NCBI RefSeq assembly: GCF_009834535.1
Contig: NC_045697.1
Location: forward strand, 71,612,001-71,676,000
Length of the DNA: 64,000 bases
Reading direction: 5' to 3'
Origin: Camelus ferus
Taxonomy: Eukaryota
The position numbers were made by a program, and so were the translations under genes. This document shows, one piece after another, positions 12,470 through 25,804 of the stretch; within the stretch, counting starts at the first letter, position 1, and the number at the start of each line of letters is the position of its first letter. The notes below the pieces were generated by a model. That model ran no database searches. It was not told the origin of the DNA and worked only from the letters and a program-made list of their open reading frames with translations.

Positions 12470-15400
12470 TTCTAGTCTGCATTTTTCCCCCTAGACTTCA
12501 TATTGTTTATGTATGTTCCTCCTTCAGATTTGCTAAAACAGTAGTTTCTTTTTTCACCAAAAAAAAAAAAAAAATTAGCCCTATTAAAAGCATCACTGCT
12601 ACTCCTAGCGCCCGAGCACTATCACAGAACCCTCTCTTTCTCCCACATGGAATGAATTTCTCTGCCCTAGAACTATCTGTACTTGCCCATTCCCCATCCC
12701 CGTCAGCCTGGATCATGCTCTTCCCTTTTACTATCTGCTGCTGGCGGCCTGTCTTCTCGCTCTCTTTCTAAAACTCATGCTTGCTGATGGGGTCTAAATT
12801 GCTCACAGAATAAAGTCAAAATGCCTTTGAGCAGCTGACAAGACTGCTCAAAATCATATATTATGTAAAATATTTTAATGAATTAGCAGCATGATTTAAA
12901 ACACCTACATTGATTGTCCACTAATTTAGACAATAATTAATTCTAACAGTGAATGTGTAATGATAACAGTACATTTAGGACAAAGGCCAGTAGCACTGTT
13001 TTTGTACTTCTAGAATGTATTAAAGTTTGAAAAATTATTAGCTGCCAACTTTTAGATTCAAGGATTGAATATCTGCTTTTTTTCTTTCTCTGAGAAACTA
13101 ATAGTTCATTATAACTTCAGAATTCCAATTAAAGTGATGGATTGTTTGAGAAGTATACTCCTCAAAAAGTCTGAATTATAAATGTGGGTTCAGGTATGTG
13201 ATGCTCTACACAAGGGTTTTATTTTGTCCCAAAGAGCTTCTGTGACTCGCATGATTTAATAAAGTAGCTCAAATTATTTCTGAGGCTGCAAGGACTAAGG
13301 TTTCAAGGTGTTTTCCTCAATTTATGGTACATATTGAACATCTCTTTGAAGAAATTACTCTTTTTTATTTTAATCAATTTATCTTTTTGAATTCTGTTTT
13401 TCATTATTTTATTACATTTTATTTTGCTTTCTAAATATCATTTTTTGGGCCATTCTTATATATAGTGGAGAATAAAACTCAAACACTACATTGTTAGTAG
13501 AAGCGTATTAGTCTTAGACCCCAGAGTGTAATCACAAGTTATTTTGCTAATAAGATAGATGAAGGCATTTGGTCAGGTTAGTTGTAGTTGTATTGGGAAT
13601 GGCATGTTGAATAGCGTTTTACCATGTTCACGTTATAAGTGTAGTGCTCCCACTCCAGGTTTCTTTGTATCAAAACTGAAGTGTGCTGTTCCATATTACT
13701 CAGGCATATTATGCTGTTAACTGCACAATAGCTAGCTTATGTCATTCCTTGCTGCTCAAAAATATTAGATGATTTTCTCTTGATTTTTTTCTAAAAGCTG
13801 GACTTCTTTTTCATGTTTCAGTTCCACATAGGAAATGGTCATCTGCTACATTGACAATGCCATTTGAAAGCTTCTCTGAACATTAACTCTAGTGTTAAAA
13901 GGAAGAAACTATGTAAAGAGCCCATGTAAAAACAGACCACTTCTCTGTCTCATTGGATAAGATATCTAGCTCTGAAATCTATGTCAACACAGCCAGTATC
14001 CTAAAGCCTATGTAACTCAGGTCCATAGAATCCCATCTTCAGGTGATAAATGAGCCAACATCATCAGATTTGGAAGGAAATGTTGCCTATGAGCTCTATT
14101 TGACTTCAACACTCCTTACTCTACCCGGTAACCAGCCATTTGGTAGTCTCCATAATTAGTTTTCTAGACAGATACTTTGAACTTTATTTTCTTAACACCA
14201 GTAACATTTTCTCATTCACAGTTAGGTTTCTGCTGGAAGATAAAACAAGATCACATCAAATCAACAAACAGCTTGATGCAAAATGATGCCTTTAACACTG
14301 ATTTACCAAATGTTTACATTTCACATAGGAAGTAGAGCAGGAGGCCGCTAATTTTAATTCTTAATTCTTCACTGAGAAACACAATAGGCAGTTTAAATTA
14401 TATTGAAAAATAAGTAAATGTTTGAAGAGTCAGACATTTTATATTACCACCATGTGGGAATTCACTTACACTCATATGTTGAGGATATATAATTTTTCAC
14501 TTTAAGTCTACATGAGATATTTCAAATTCCTTTTACTCGTGTCTTAATATTCCTATATATTGGAAGAATTGATTTTTTGTAAATCCCCATTTACAAATTG
14601 TGTAATAGCAGAGTTGGAATTATATTTGTTCCAGGAACTGTATTTATCCATTACATTTTTATGGTTGTAGTATACACTAGGCAATTATGTTTTCCTTCAG
14701 AATTGTTATAGGAATGTTGGAGACAGGTGGAAATCAACACAGGGCTTCGTCTTAAGTTCATCTCATATGTGTATTTTTTTTTTTGATTCTTAGTAGTATC
14801 ATGGTATTTGTAGGAGTGTCAATAATGCTCATCAATCTCTTTAATAGTTTCCCATATGAAAAAGCCTAGCTTTTATTCAACTTTTCTTTTTTATTCAAGT
14901 ACCTCCACAGTAATTCTATTTGACTAACATGGTAATTGAGAACGTGAATTTTCAAATCTACTTGAATGCCTCTTAACACCCTAACAAATGCTTTATCATT
15001 CCCTTTCTCTAGTCTGGAGCTTCTTAAGCAAGGGGGATTTTCTTAATCATTGTTCAGTTAGTCACAATGACGAGAACTACACAAAATAATTTTTTTATTC
15101 AACTAGACAATCTCTTTGCAACTCATTGAAATTCTTTTAAAATGTGAGAAAATGTAGTTTGTATCTAATCTGTAATTGTTTCCTAGTCTTTCAAAGCTGT
15201 TTAGAGGTTAGGAAAAAGGAGATATACAAAATTTTTCCTGCTTTCTTAATATTATATAATTTCAAATATTTAATTTTATAGTTTATTTGAGCAACTTTGA
15301 TTTATGGATAAGAATTTTTAAGTCTGAAGAAATTTTTTTTTAATTTAAAATTTTTATCTAATTATAGTAAAAATATATGCTCATTATAAAATGTCTGAAT

Positions 15401-16019
15401 TATACAGAAAATGAAAAAGAAGCAGAAAAAAAGAATGTCACTCAGAATGACAATACCTGGAGGCAATCACTGTTAACATTTTGGCTTTTTCATTCTGAAG
15501 ATAAATTCTTATAGTGTAGAATACAGGCTGCTTAATAGTCGAAAGAGTATTTGCCAAATATGTACTTAGAATCATTTAAAACAAAATCATAGTTTATGTT
15601 AGAGGAAAAGGAAAGCATATGTGGCAAATATGAGACTGTACTGCTGAATGAATGTGGGAATACAATTTTTTAAAACTCTGAAATGATAAACCAGAATGTT
15701 AATTTTGTCTTTGGCTCAGGAACGATATGTTAACAACTGTTCCATGAGAAAATGAAAATCTCACCAAAATCAGTGTCACACTCTGATATAGAACAAATAG
15801 TTCAAAGTAACCCAATAAAATATTAATATATGAAACATAGATTTAAATGAGAATGATCATCTCAATTACACAGAATCATGTAAAATATTAGTTTAGGGAG
15901 AAGCAAAAAATAAGCTACAAACAGATGGACCATTAGGAAAAATCAAAAAAGATACAAATTTATAATGATTTTTTTAGTACTTCTATGAAGAATTATTTTA
16001 AAAATCCTCTTTTTATAAA

Positions 16020-16545
16020 TAAATCATAGACTAATTCTAGAGTTAAAAGTGGTCCCAAATAATATTTTCTCCAACATTGTGATTTGACAGGTGATGTAAT
16101 TGAGACCCTGAGACAGTGTATGATTTATGCCGGACATAGAACATCCAAGTGGGCAGGAGTCTGGGAAAAGCCACACTGAGTCAGGGTGCTGGCTTCTCCT
16201 CTGAGTTCTAGTTCTCCAATCACACTAGTGCTTGCACGAGAAAGCATGTTACTACTCTTCTATTATTTGTTCATGATTGATCCACTCCCTTATGCCTTAC
16301 ATTTTTAAAATATGTATTTTCCAATATTCAGTGAATTTCTATGAGCTATGAATTTCTGTGAATTTTTATGAGTCGAGCTCTGTTATAAGAGCTTTATGCA
16401 CATTTTAAAATTTAATCCACACAAAAACAGAAGGGTCCCGGTACTAGTACCATTCTGATTTTTAAGTAAAAATACAAATGTGGGAGGGTGGGCAACTAGG
16501 AAATGACAGAACTGGAATGTGGGTCAGATACTCCCAGCACCCACA
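16020..16545 (-). mobile_element. Two decayed MIR SINE fragments
   Basis: 'gatttgacaggtgatgtaattgagaccctgagac' and 'gagctttatgcacatttt...tttaatccacacaaaaac'. Confidence 0.55.
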
Positions 16546-17789
16546 TTTTAAATAAATACCCTATTAAACGGTATGGAAAAACTATTTTTGTTTGATTTGT
16601 AAAAATTATTTTTAGGGTCCTTTGGGAGTACCAGAGCATTTTTAACTTCTCAGATGTATACAGACTCTCAAGTGTAATCAGAGTATTCTTAAAATTGTCA
16701 AGGATTTTTATATTTAAAGTTTAAGATGAAAACCTGAGTGGCAATAATTGGCAAGAGCTTTGTTGAGGATAATGCTGTTACAGGCAGTGAATCCTCTTCC
16801 CCATCACCCATACTTTCAGTTGTGGGGAGATTGTGAATTTACATAAAACACCTTCACATTCTAGATTTAACAGGAGGGTCACACTTGAACATATTTTACA
16901 TCTCAGGCTTCGTGCCTTAATTTACATTTGCAAACTTGCAATATATTTTATTTGAATGCAATATTATACAGTCTTTCCATTTCAGTTCCTTTCTCCTGCT
17001 AAATGAACGGAAGGAAGTTTTCCTGTCTACAATAGTATAGCTATACTTAAAAAACATTTTTAAAGTAAATAACTTCTGAATTTTCCATTTGAAACATTTC
17101 CTTTTTATCCAACATGCGTTCTTTTTTATTTTAGGCATAGCATATTTCAAAATTGCAACCAAAAATATTATCTACTCTTCCTGATCTACCATCTTTCCTG
17201 TAGGCGTACCTCTTTCATTGGGCTCATGTCGTTATAGTAAGATTTGTTCTCATGTTTCCTTGTCAATGTTACTTCCCAATTCTTTTGCTTTTTATGATAA
17301 TATTTTATCATATTAACCTTGATTGAATAACATAAAATGGCACCCCTTAGTGTCTTCTTCATCAGCATTTTAGTCACACCAGATTACTCTGATCTTCATG
17401 AATGTAGATACTTTTTACATATTAGCCTTTTGATATCTAGGATGTATTTTCACAGTTAATTGAACATTAGAATCAAGCATTTTATCATTTTCCTCCTTTA
17501 TTATTGCAATTAGATATTAGAGATGCTTTTTTCCCCCCAGTCCTCTAATATTTAGATAATGGGAATGGTTCTTCCCTAACCGCCAAAATTCATATATTCC
17601 ATGTCTAATATGTTTCCCCACTTCCCATGTTAGTTAGTACCATATCTGTATAATTTTTTTCCTTATTATCCAGCTTTGCATAATTTTCTTTTGAAATAAA
17701 TGTATTAGCTATAAGGAACAATTACTCCTTTGGAATACATGTGTTTTCCTTTGGCTTGGGTCCGTTTTCACTAAATAATGGTTTTAGCC

Positions 17790-18190
17790 AACTTGCATTT
17801 ATTGAGCCAGGCCTTTGGTATGTGTCAGGTCTTTAGTAGTTACTTAGAGTTGAGGTAGAAACAATGATCTTCGATTTCTGCTATCAAGAGCCCACTATCT
17901 AGACAGGAAAACAAATACCATGTAAATAATATGATCCATGTGATACTTTCTCTTGAAGTATAGTGTATCCAAAGAGCTATGATCATGGGGAAACTGGGAA
18001 AGCTCTTCCACCAGGAGCAACCACTGATGGGAGTGTTGAAAGTTAATTAGGAGGAAAAATGAGACTAGGCACAGTAGGAAAAGGAAAAGAGCATACGTGA
18101 ATGAATGAAAGATTGTGGTTATGTTCAGGGACTGGGAGATTGGAATGGCTCCAGTGGGAGGAGAGCATTGTCACGTGTGGGTCATTAGGG
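17790..18190 (-). mobile_element. L2 fragment
   Basis: 'gcatttattgagcca...atgtgtcagg...ctgctatcaagagcccactatctag' is an antisense L2 3' end. Confidence 0.6.
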
Positions 18191-18334
18191 CTCTTCTTCA
18201 CTCTTAACAGAAGCAGGTCTGCTGATAAGGCCAACTTGCTGGAACTTCTTGTGTGTAAGTCAGGGGACTGGCAAGATGTCAGTGGATCAGCCAAGGGTCT
18301 GTTACCTCCAGTGGAAAGTATACCTCTGTGGCCA

Positions 18335-18555
18335 GGAGCCCAGGATTTGGAGTTGGATACTCGTGGATTTAAGTCCAGCTCTTCCAGCTCTGTGACCTAT
18401 GACAATTTATTTAACTTTTTAAAAACTCTATTCTTTATCAGTAAGATGAGAAAATAATAGTATGCATTTTAGGACAATTGTGAAAATCAAATATGATTAT
18501 GTGTAGAAATCTCTACCTAAGGTACTTGAGACTTAATCTGAACTGAATACGTATT
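18335..18555 (+). mobile_element. MIR SINE
   Basis: 'ggatttaagtccagctcttccagctctgtgacctatgacaatttatttaac...ttctttatcagtaagatgagaaaataatag' is a MIR core. Confidence 0.75.
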
Positions 18556-19599
18556 ACCTCCTATTTTCACCCCAACCCAAAAAGAATTCATTTAGGGTCT
18601 TATCTGTCAACAAGGTGAGTCCCAAGGAAAACTTCCCTAGGCCTAACTACAGCGTCTTCTCTCATTTAGTATATCTCACTGAATAAAAGGGGGGTGGGGG
18701 GAGCAAAACTGATTTCTGCCCCAAAGGTATATAGACTCAATTTCTATGATTTTTATTCAAGTTGAAAAAAGGTTATGCCTGTATGTAATATTTCTGAAAG
18801 AATGAAAGGAAATGAAAGTATCCTTTAAAAGGCTGCTTTTATACAGAAGCAGACAATTGCAAAGTCATTTTGTCTAGTCACATGAAAATATGAAACTAAA
18901 AACTATAACACATCCTAGAATTATTTACTTCCTGTTTAATCTGGAAGTTAAAGTAAAATCCCCAGATACACAGAGTCCTTGATATTTTATGGAAATAGTC
19001 TTAGATACCAGTTTAAGATGTTGATTATGTGTAAAATCCTGCTGGACATTTTTTTTAAAAAATACCAAAAAAATGTCTGATATTAAAGTTCATGTTTTAC
19101 TCTTGAAAATTGTAAAGAATTTGAAGATACTTGAAGGAAAAAAATCAGAAATGTATCTGCTCCTTCAAATCCAATTTGAACTGAGAAGAATCATCATTAC
19201 CTATTGACAGTGACCCCACATATTTGGCACTAGAAAGAGTCATTTTCTCTGGCGGTGAAAATCAATCCAACAAGATGCAGACCATCACTGGGACTTCTTT
19301 GTAATATAAAACATTCTTGTGAGATAATTCAGTGAGCCAAAAGACTAGTAAACATATACACTCACACCTAAATTGCCCTTTCTGTGTAAATTAGCAATCC
19401 TAACTGGAACATCAGTTTAATGTCACATGGAGTATAATTTTATGTTACCGTAAGAATTAATGCCTTAGACATTTTCTCTGGAGTTTTGGGCCATATGTTG
19501 TTTTTAACAGCCCTGAAAATGGTGTGTCTTTGATTCTTTCAGATCATTCCTGTGATAAATTGACTGTCATATGCAGGGACTGAACTGTGGGTGGAGAAA

Positions 19600-20070
19600 C
19601 AGTCTAGTGCAGTGATTATGGGTCTTTGAAGTCTGACTAGCTAGTTCCTCTCTGACTTCAGCAATAGCTAGCTGTGTGACCTTGGGAGAATTCATTCTTT
19701 GCTTAGACCCTTATTTTCCTCATTTAAAACATCACGTCCCTCCCTATCTCCCTGAACTCCCCACCAGCCTTCCTAGCTTTAATTATCTTCCTAGCACTTG
19801 CCAGCATCTGCTCCGCTCCGTATTTTACACCTGTATTATTTGCCTCCCCACCTTTAGCTTGCAAGTCCTGGGAAGGAAGGCTCCCCTGGTACATAGTGGG
19901 TACCTCAGTTCAAAGAATCACTGAGTTAATCTATAAAATGAGGATAATATTAGTGTCTACCTCATGGAGTTGTGGACATCACAAAACATTCATTTTGTGC
20001 TAATATATGCAAAGCACTAAGAACAGTACTTAGCACATAGTAAATGTTCAGCAGTTTTTAGCTGTTATTA
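19600..20070 (+). mobile_element. MIR SINE interrupted by an L2-like 3' fragment (about 19735-19925)
   Basis: 'agctgtgtgaccttgggagaattcatt...ttttcctcattt', then the insert, then 'ctataaaatgaggataatattagtgtctacctcatggagttgtg...ttagcacatagtaaatgttca'. Confidence 0.7.
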
Positions 20071-20226
20071 ATTAATCTTCCCAAGAAAGTTTGTTAGTAA
20101 AAATCATGGGTATTCATTTTAGAACAAATCTCTATTTAAAATTCTTTTCCTTTTAGCCAATGAATTGATTGTAGCTTCTCTTTGATTTGCTAAGCTAGAA
20201 GACATCATCACTAAAAGCATTCCAAA

Positions 20227-20358
20227 GGGGGTGGATATAGGTTAATGGTAGAGTGTGTTCTTTGCATGCAGAAGTCCTGGGTGCAATTCCTGGTCTCTCC
20301 ATTAAAAATAAACAAATAAACCTAATGACCTCTCCCCACAAACAAACAAACAAAATGT
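20227..20358 (+). mobile_element. Vic-1-like camelid tRNA-derived SINE
   Basis: GGGGGTGGATATAGGTTAATGGTAGAG (A box), then GTCCTGGGTGCAATTCC (B box), an AAATAAACCTAATGACCTC tail and (CAAA)n. TSD aaaagcattcca (20213-20224) / aaaaacattcca (20359-20370). Confidence 0.85.
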
Positions 20359-22279
20359 AAAAACATTCCAGTAATTTATGGTTAACTTTGTTATATATGG
20401 CAGGGGAAAGGTCAGGCATTAGATCTACTTGCTAAAATAATGTAGTCACTCACTGGCAATTGAAGAGAAGCTAAAGTCCAGTGGCAAAGGCGTGGGATTT
20501 GAAGTGAAAGGTAATATTCTTGTATTAATTTCTTTCATGCTTTTATTACTTAATTAAATCATTCATGGGAGTAAAAAAGCAATTCTATTGTTATTTAACT
20601 TCAGGTAATTCAAATGTGCAGCCTCTTTTTCTTAATCTTTCCGAGGGCAGAGACCTCTCATTAGGCATTCCAGAAGGACGAGCCTGCCTCACCATCTGTG
20701 GTCTTTCTAGGCTCCTGCTCTCTTCCTTGGAGTATCTGCCTTCTTTTCCTCTCAGCCACTGGGTCATTCACGAAGTCTAGCCACTGCGGAGGCCGATGCC
20801 CTTCTCTGCTGAGCTGTTGAGGAGGGCAGACACATATGCCTTGCTCTTGCTCCCCTGTGGGGACCACCCTGGATTCTCCTGAAACACTAGGATCTGTAGC
20901 TGTGTGTAAATACCTGCACTGAAGGCAACACCAAAACCAGAAACATTAAAGTTGTCATTAACATGGATGGTTCCCTGAGTCTCAAAGGGACAACAGTTAC
21001 AGACAGATTTCTTCACAAAGAGAGGCTCTCACTTTTCCACTCAATCCACTTTTCCTAATCGCATCTCCTGCAGGCAGCTCCAGTTGAAATGTAATCACTC
21101 ATTCATTTTGCAAATAAGTTTTGGGCACCGATCATGTGTTCAACAATGAACAAGATAGTCAGTTGCTCAGTCTCATGGAGATTTTAGGGAAGACTGGTCG
21201 AGCGTGGCTCCAGTTACTAGAATGCTCTCTCTCCTTTTCCCCATGGTGCAGTTCGAGCGCACTTCTGAGAAGCCAGCCTGAATACCTGATCCTCCCAGTG
21301 GTCATCAGCTGAACTGACGTGTGCTGCTGGCCCTAGTGTTCCCAGCTGGGTAGTGGAGGTGATCATGCACAAAGAAAGTAATGTCCCCCTCGTCCCTAGT
21401 TAACCTACTTAGAGCTTATTAGAAGGAAAATAAGCACGAATCATTTTCTAAACAATACTGAAATTTTATTTTCTATCCAAGGACTAGAAGATCCTCATCA
21501 TTTACTTTGCAAAATTTAAGATTTTGCTGTTGAATTTACCACTTAGGGTTCTATTACCTTATTCCTGGGTTAACTGTATTTACATTTAATTTTTTAACCC
21601 TGTTTGATAAACCCTGTTTGTCTTCTCAGCTTTGAAGTACATTATAAGAGGAATAAAAGATTCTATTTGGCTGAACAATTTATGGGGGAAAAATAGTTTA
21701 TGACTCACAGAATTTAAAAACTATCTATAAATAGATTTAAATGGTTGTCTGAAATTCAGTAATCTAGCATTGAAAAGGGATTATAATTTTAAGTATGTAT
21801 TCAAAAAAAAATAGAGTGTGTGTGAAAATCTTGATTGCAACGAGCCACTCAATATAAAGCATCATTAATGCACCTAATAGTATAAATACATATAAGATTT
21901 TCCTATTTTAGTTTTTCAAAAATATGCACTTGCATTCTTCATACAAAGACTAGAAAGATATTTATCAAAAAGTTAAGTAGGGTTATCTCTAGGAAATGGT
22001 ACTTATGTGTTCTAAGTTATACATAATAAATATTTATTACTTATGTAAAAATACATAAATTTGATTATGAAAAATGGAATTGTTGCTATCCTCTCACCCA
22101 GTAAAAATGATTAATAATTTTTAATGATATTCTTTTTTGTCTAATTGTTCAGAAAAGCAATATTTATGGGTTGTTAAAAGTCCAGTGCAAATTACAAAGA
22201 ATGAAGAAGAAAATTTTGAGAATGAATTTTATTCCCACCTCACACAAATAATCACTGTTAACATAACAGTAAATTTTTC

Positions 22280-22373
22280 TTATATTATATATACACACAT
22301 ATATAGTATATATATCACAAATATATATAATACATATATATGTGCATATATCTACACATATGTACCTATATAT
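22280..22373. repeat. Degenerate (TA)n/(TACA)n simple repeat
   Basis: Direct reading. Confidence 0.85.
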
Positions 22374-23319
22374 GCTTGTTTAGTCAGTTAATATAACAAA
22401 TATTGTCTCATGCTATTACAGCTTCATTTGAACACTACTCAAACCATACATTTTACAAATCTGTATTCAGATTAATCTGTGCTTTTTCTTTCTTAATTGT
22501 AAGAATGGAACTGGTAAATTGTTGAATATGTCTGGGCCTAGTGCACATTGTCATACCTTAAGTATTTCAATGGAATATTTTGTAAGACCACAAAATGTCA
22601 TTTCCCTGTTCATGAATTACATGGCCCATGTATAATTTAGCACTCAAATTTGGAATGATAGGTTTATACGCAAATTTTTCTTGGAGTCTAGACTTCAAAA
22701 CTATAGCAACTAAAATGGATTCAAAACTTTACCATGTCATTTATTAAAGGGAATAATTGAAAATCCAATGGTCAGTTTTCGTTTGTAATCTTAGTCAATA
22801 GATCTTGATTTTATTTCATTCTGGGCAATCTGCTGAAAGGGATTCTCGTGGATACATGTTGAACTTCACAAAGGATATAATTAGGGTTTGTTTTATTAAT
22901 TGGTCTTTCAGCTCCTTCATCTAAGTGCTTCATATATCCGGTTGCAGGAAGTAACCGTCGATAGCATAGGTCATGCTAATACTGCCTTGGCAACTAACTC
23001 TCAGAAAGAGTAAGCAATGAAAATGTGTAGGAGAGAAAGAGGCAAGCTTAGTGCTTTCTGAGCCTTGGTGGTTTTCTCTAGCCTTGTTCAGTTCCTGTCT
23101 TCAGGGTTATACTGATTGAAGTACACATGTGCTCCCTTAAGACAGGCAGAATGTGGTAGATAGAACAAATTCCTGGCCTTCAGACACAAGCCACTCAGTC
23201 TTCCCCCTACAAAAAATAAGCTAGGCCTGGATTTATTCAATCACAAAATGGGCAACAAATATTTGCATCTGCTATGCATATAATTATATAGCATCTTGTT
23301 ATCATGTCTACTTACATAA

Positions 23320-23500
23320 TTATTGAGCATCTACTATGTTGAAGGACCTATTCACTGGAAATATAGATGGGGAGAAAAAAACCTGAATTGCTTTACTTCA
23401 AAAGCTTGCCTTCTAGATGGATGGACAGGAAACAGGGAAACAGATAAATACATGATATGATTTTGGTTAATGCCTCATGCTATGATAATGTTACGGAAAA
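23320..23500 (-). mobile_element. L2 3' fragment
   Basis: 'ttattgagcatctactatgttg...cttcaaaagcttgccttctagatgg'. Confidence 0.6.
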
Positions 23501-23529
23501 GTATCACACTGAGGTATGAATGGGTGCTG

Positions 23530-23682
23530 CACACTGCTTCTCAGACTTCAGTATGCTTTCAAATCACTTAGGATCTTTTTAAAAACCAGATTCTGATTCA
23601 TCAGGTCTAGGGTGGCGGTTGGGAGTGTGCCTGTCTAATAACCTGCTGGTCTGAAGAGCACAGCACACTCTTGAGTTGCAAG
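23530..23682. mobile_element. MER5-like hAT-Charlie MITE
   Basis: 'cactgcttctcagacttcag...aaatcacttaggatcttt...cagattctgattcatcaggtctagggtgg'. Confidence 0.75.
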
Positions 23683-24624
23683 ATATTGTATGATTTCTTT
23701 GTAGCAAGTTTCACTGAGAGGTGGCTGGAAAGGCAGCTTAAAGGAAGAGTGGGTAATGGATGATGAAATAAAAGAAGGGGAAAAGGTAGGAAAAAGGAGA
23801 AAATATAATAAACAGAATGAAATGGAAATACAAGTAAAAATGGAACACATAGTCCACTGAAAACAGCATCTCCTTACATATACTCTGCCTTGGAATTATC
23901 CTTGCATGTTATGAACTAAAATTAAAAGACTAAAGTACCAAGAGTAAAATATAAATATACATTCATGCTAGCGTTTGAGAAAACTTTAGCTGGTAGAGTT
24001 TGTGCAGTTAGAATGCCAGGATAAATGTGGGTGTTTAAAACAAAGTAGTTTTATATTTTTGTTATTGGAAGCCAACATTTGCTTGGCTATATTGAGTATG
24101 TTCATTTTTATATATATTTGTTAGGTAAGAAGTTCTATTATTGTTATTTTTCTTTGGACAGAGCGTTGAATGAAATATTTCTTATTTTTGTGTCCCTTAC
24201 AATGCATCACAGACAACAAAAATTGTTTAAGAAAGCAGAGGACTAGACTAAAAGATTAGTAAACATTACATCTTTTTGTACAGTTTGTTTCCTTTACCTC
24301 TTGGAGAAATGCCTGTTTACTTATCTGAGTGGTGGGGAGTGCTGTGATCTTTGGTATGACTTTAAAACCCCAGAAAAGCATGCTAGAATCCATACTGCCT
24401 TAAGCATGCTTAATAAAATGAGCTACACTGTAATTATAGAATCACTTACTAAATTATAAATTTGGCAAAAACGATGTTCAGTATTGAAATTCCAGGAGAA
24501 TGTTGCAGTCCTCTCTGAATCATAGTTGGATATACAAACTGATAAAGATGAATTTATGATCTTTCCAAAGTAAAAAACATTGCTTTTACTGAATTTGATA
24601 TCAGAACTTAAGAAAAAGAGAAGG

Positions 24625-24780
24625 AAGCTAATATTGAGTGCCTATCCTAGGCCTGACACATGCATGTTATTAAATGTAATCAAAACTATCCAACAAGGAA
24701 GTCATTATTTACTGCATTCAATAATTGAGGAAATTGAAGCTTACAGTGCATAGTACTTTTCCCAAGGTTGCATGAGAAGA
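24625..24780 (-). mobile_element. MIR SINE
   Basis: 'ataattgaggaaattgaagcttacagtgcatagtacttttcccaaggttgca'. Confidence 0.65.
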
Positions 24781-25804
24781 TGAAGATTTTTTTAGCAGTT
24801 AACATATATCTTGCAGTTTGTTGTTTGCCTCTCTCTCTCTTTTCCAAATCATTTATGATGAAAACTGAACCTTGCTTTGTCTGTTAGCTATTGATGAATT
24901 TGAAGGGTCATTGGGCATTGAGGAATAACTTCTTTTTTCATCAGATCACTATAATGAAAGCAGTTCAAGTATGATAGCATAAAAGATTCTACCATTTTTC
25001 AGTCTTCACCTAGTTTTGTTAGTTATCAGAAAATCTGTCCTCATGCCAAATGAGGATTTAATCAGTTAACAAATAAATAAAAACAAAATATAAAAATCTA
25101 AACTAAAATTTTTATTTTTTGAAAAAATAGTATTAAAAGATTTCTACTTTGCAAAAAATATGATACATTTTGAAAATTAAATCTATAACAGATTTTGCAA
25201 CTTAATTCATAAAGGAAAATTTATTTTCTAATGCTTAACTATTTTATAATGTTTATTATTTTGAATGTGATTTTTATTGGTGGTTAAGAAAATCATACAA
25301 AATTATCTTGCCTTAGGATATCTGTGATTTTTCCCTCTAGTATGATATTTATTTTAAAAGAAGACAATCACCTTTATTCCAGATGGTATTTTGGGGGATT
25401 GCTTAGATCACCTGAACATAGAGGTGATTAGTGATAAGCTGGGTTATTTCACATAAGATCTGCAGAGCAGTGTTCCTACCCATTTTTATGTCATGATATA
25501 AAAAGAAAGTAATCTTTTCTGTAATTTCATTTACATATTGTAGAGGAGGGGTGAAGAAACACGTGCTCGGTCTGTAATCTTGATCGACTCATTCATTTTA
25601 TTATAGAAAACAAGAAAATGTATTATGTATATTGGTATTAATAATTGATATTATTAGTAATACATATATATAGTAAAATTACCCATAACCCACCAGCCAG
25701 AATCAAGAATCTTGATATTTTGGGTATATATAGATATTCTTATGCATTTAAGAATTTGTCTTGAATTTCTACCACATAGTTCTGTATATGTACACTTTAA
25801 AAAA

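Noticed and set aside
18596..18620. Possible 19-nt micro-exon ending AAG|GTGAGT
   Set aside because: Poor polypyrimidine tract, frameshifting length and no supporting evidence.
20227..20300. tRNA gene
   Set aside because: Degenerate stems, an A-rich tail and a TSD show that it is a tRNA-derived SINE.
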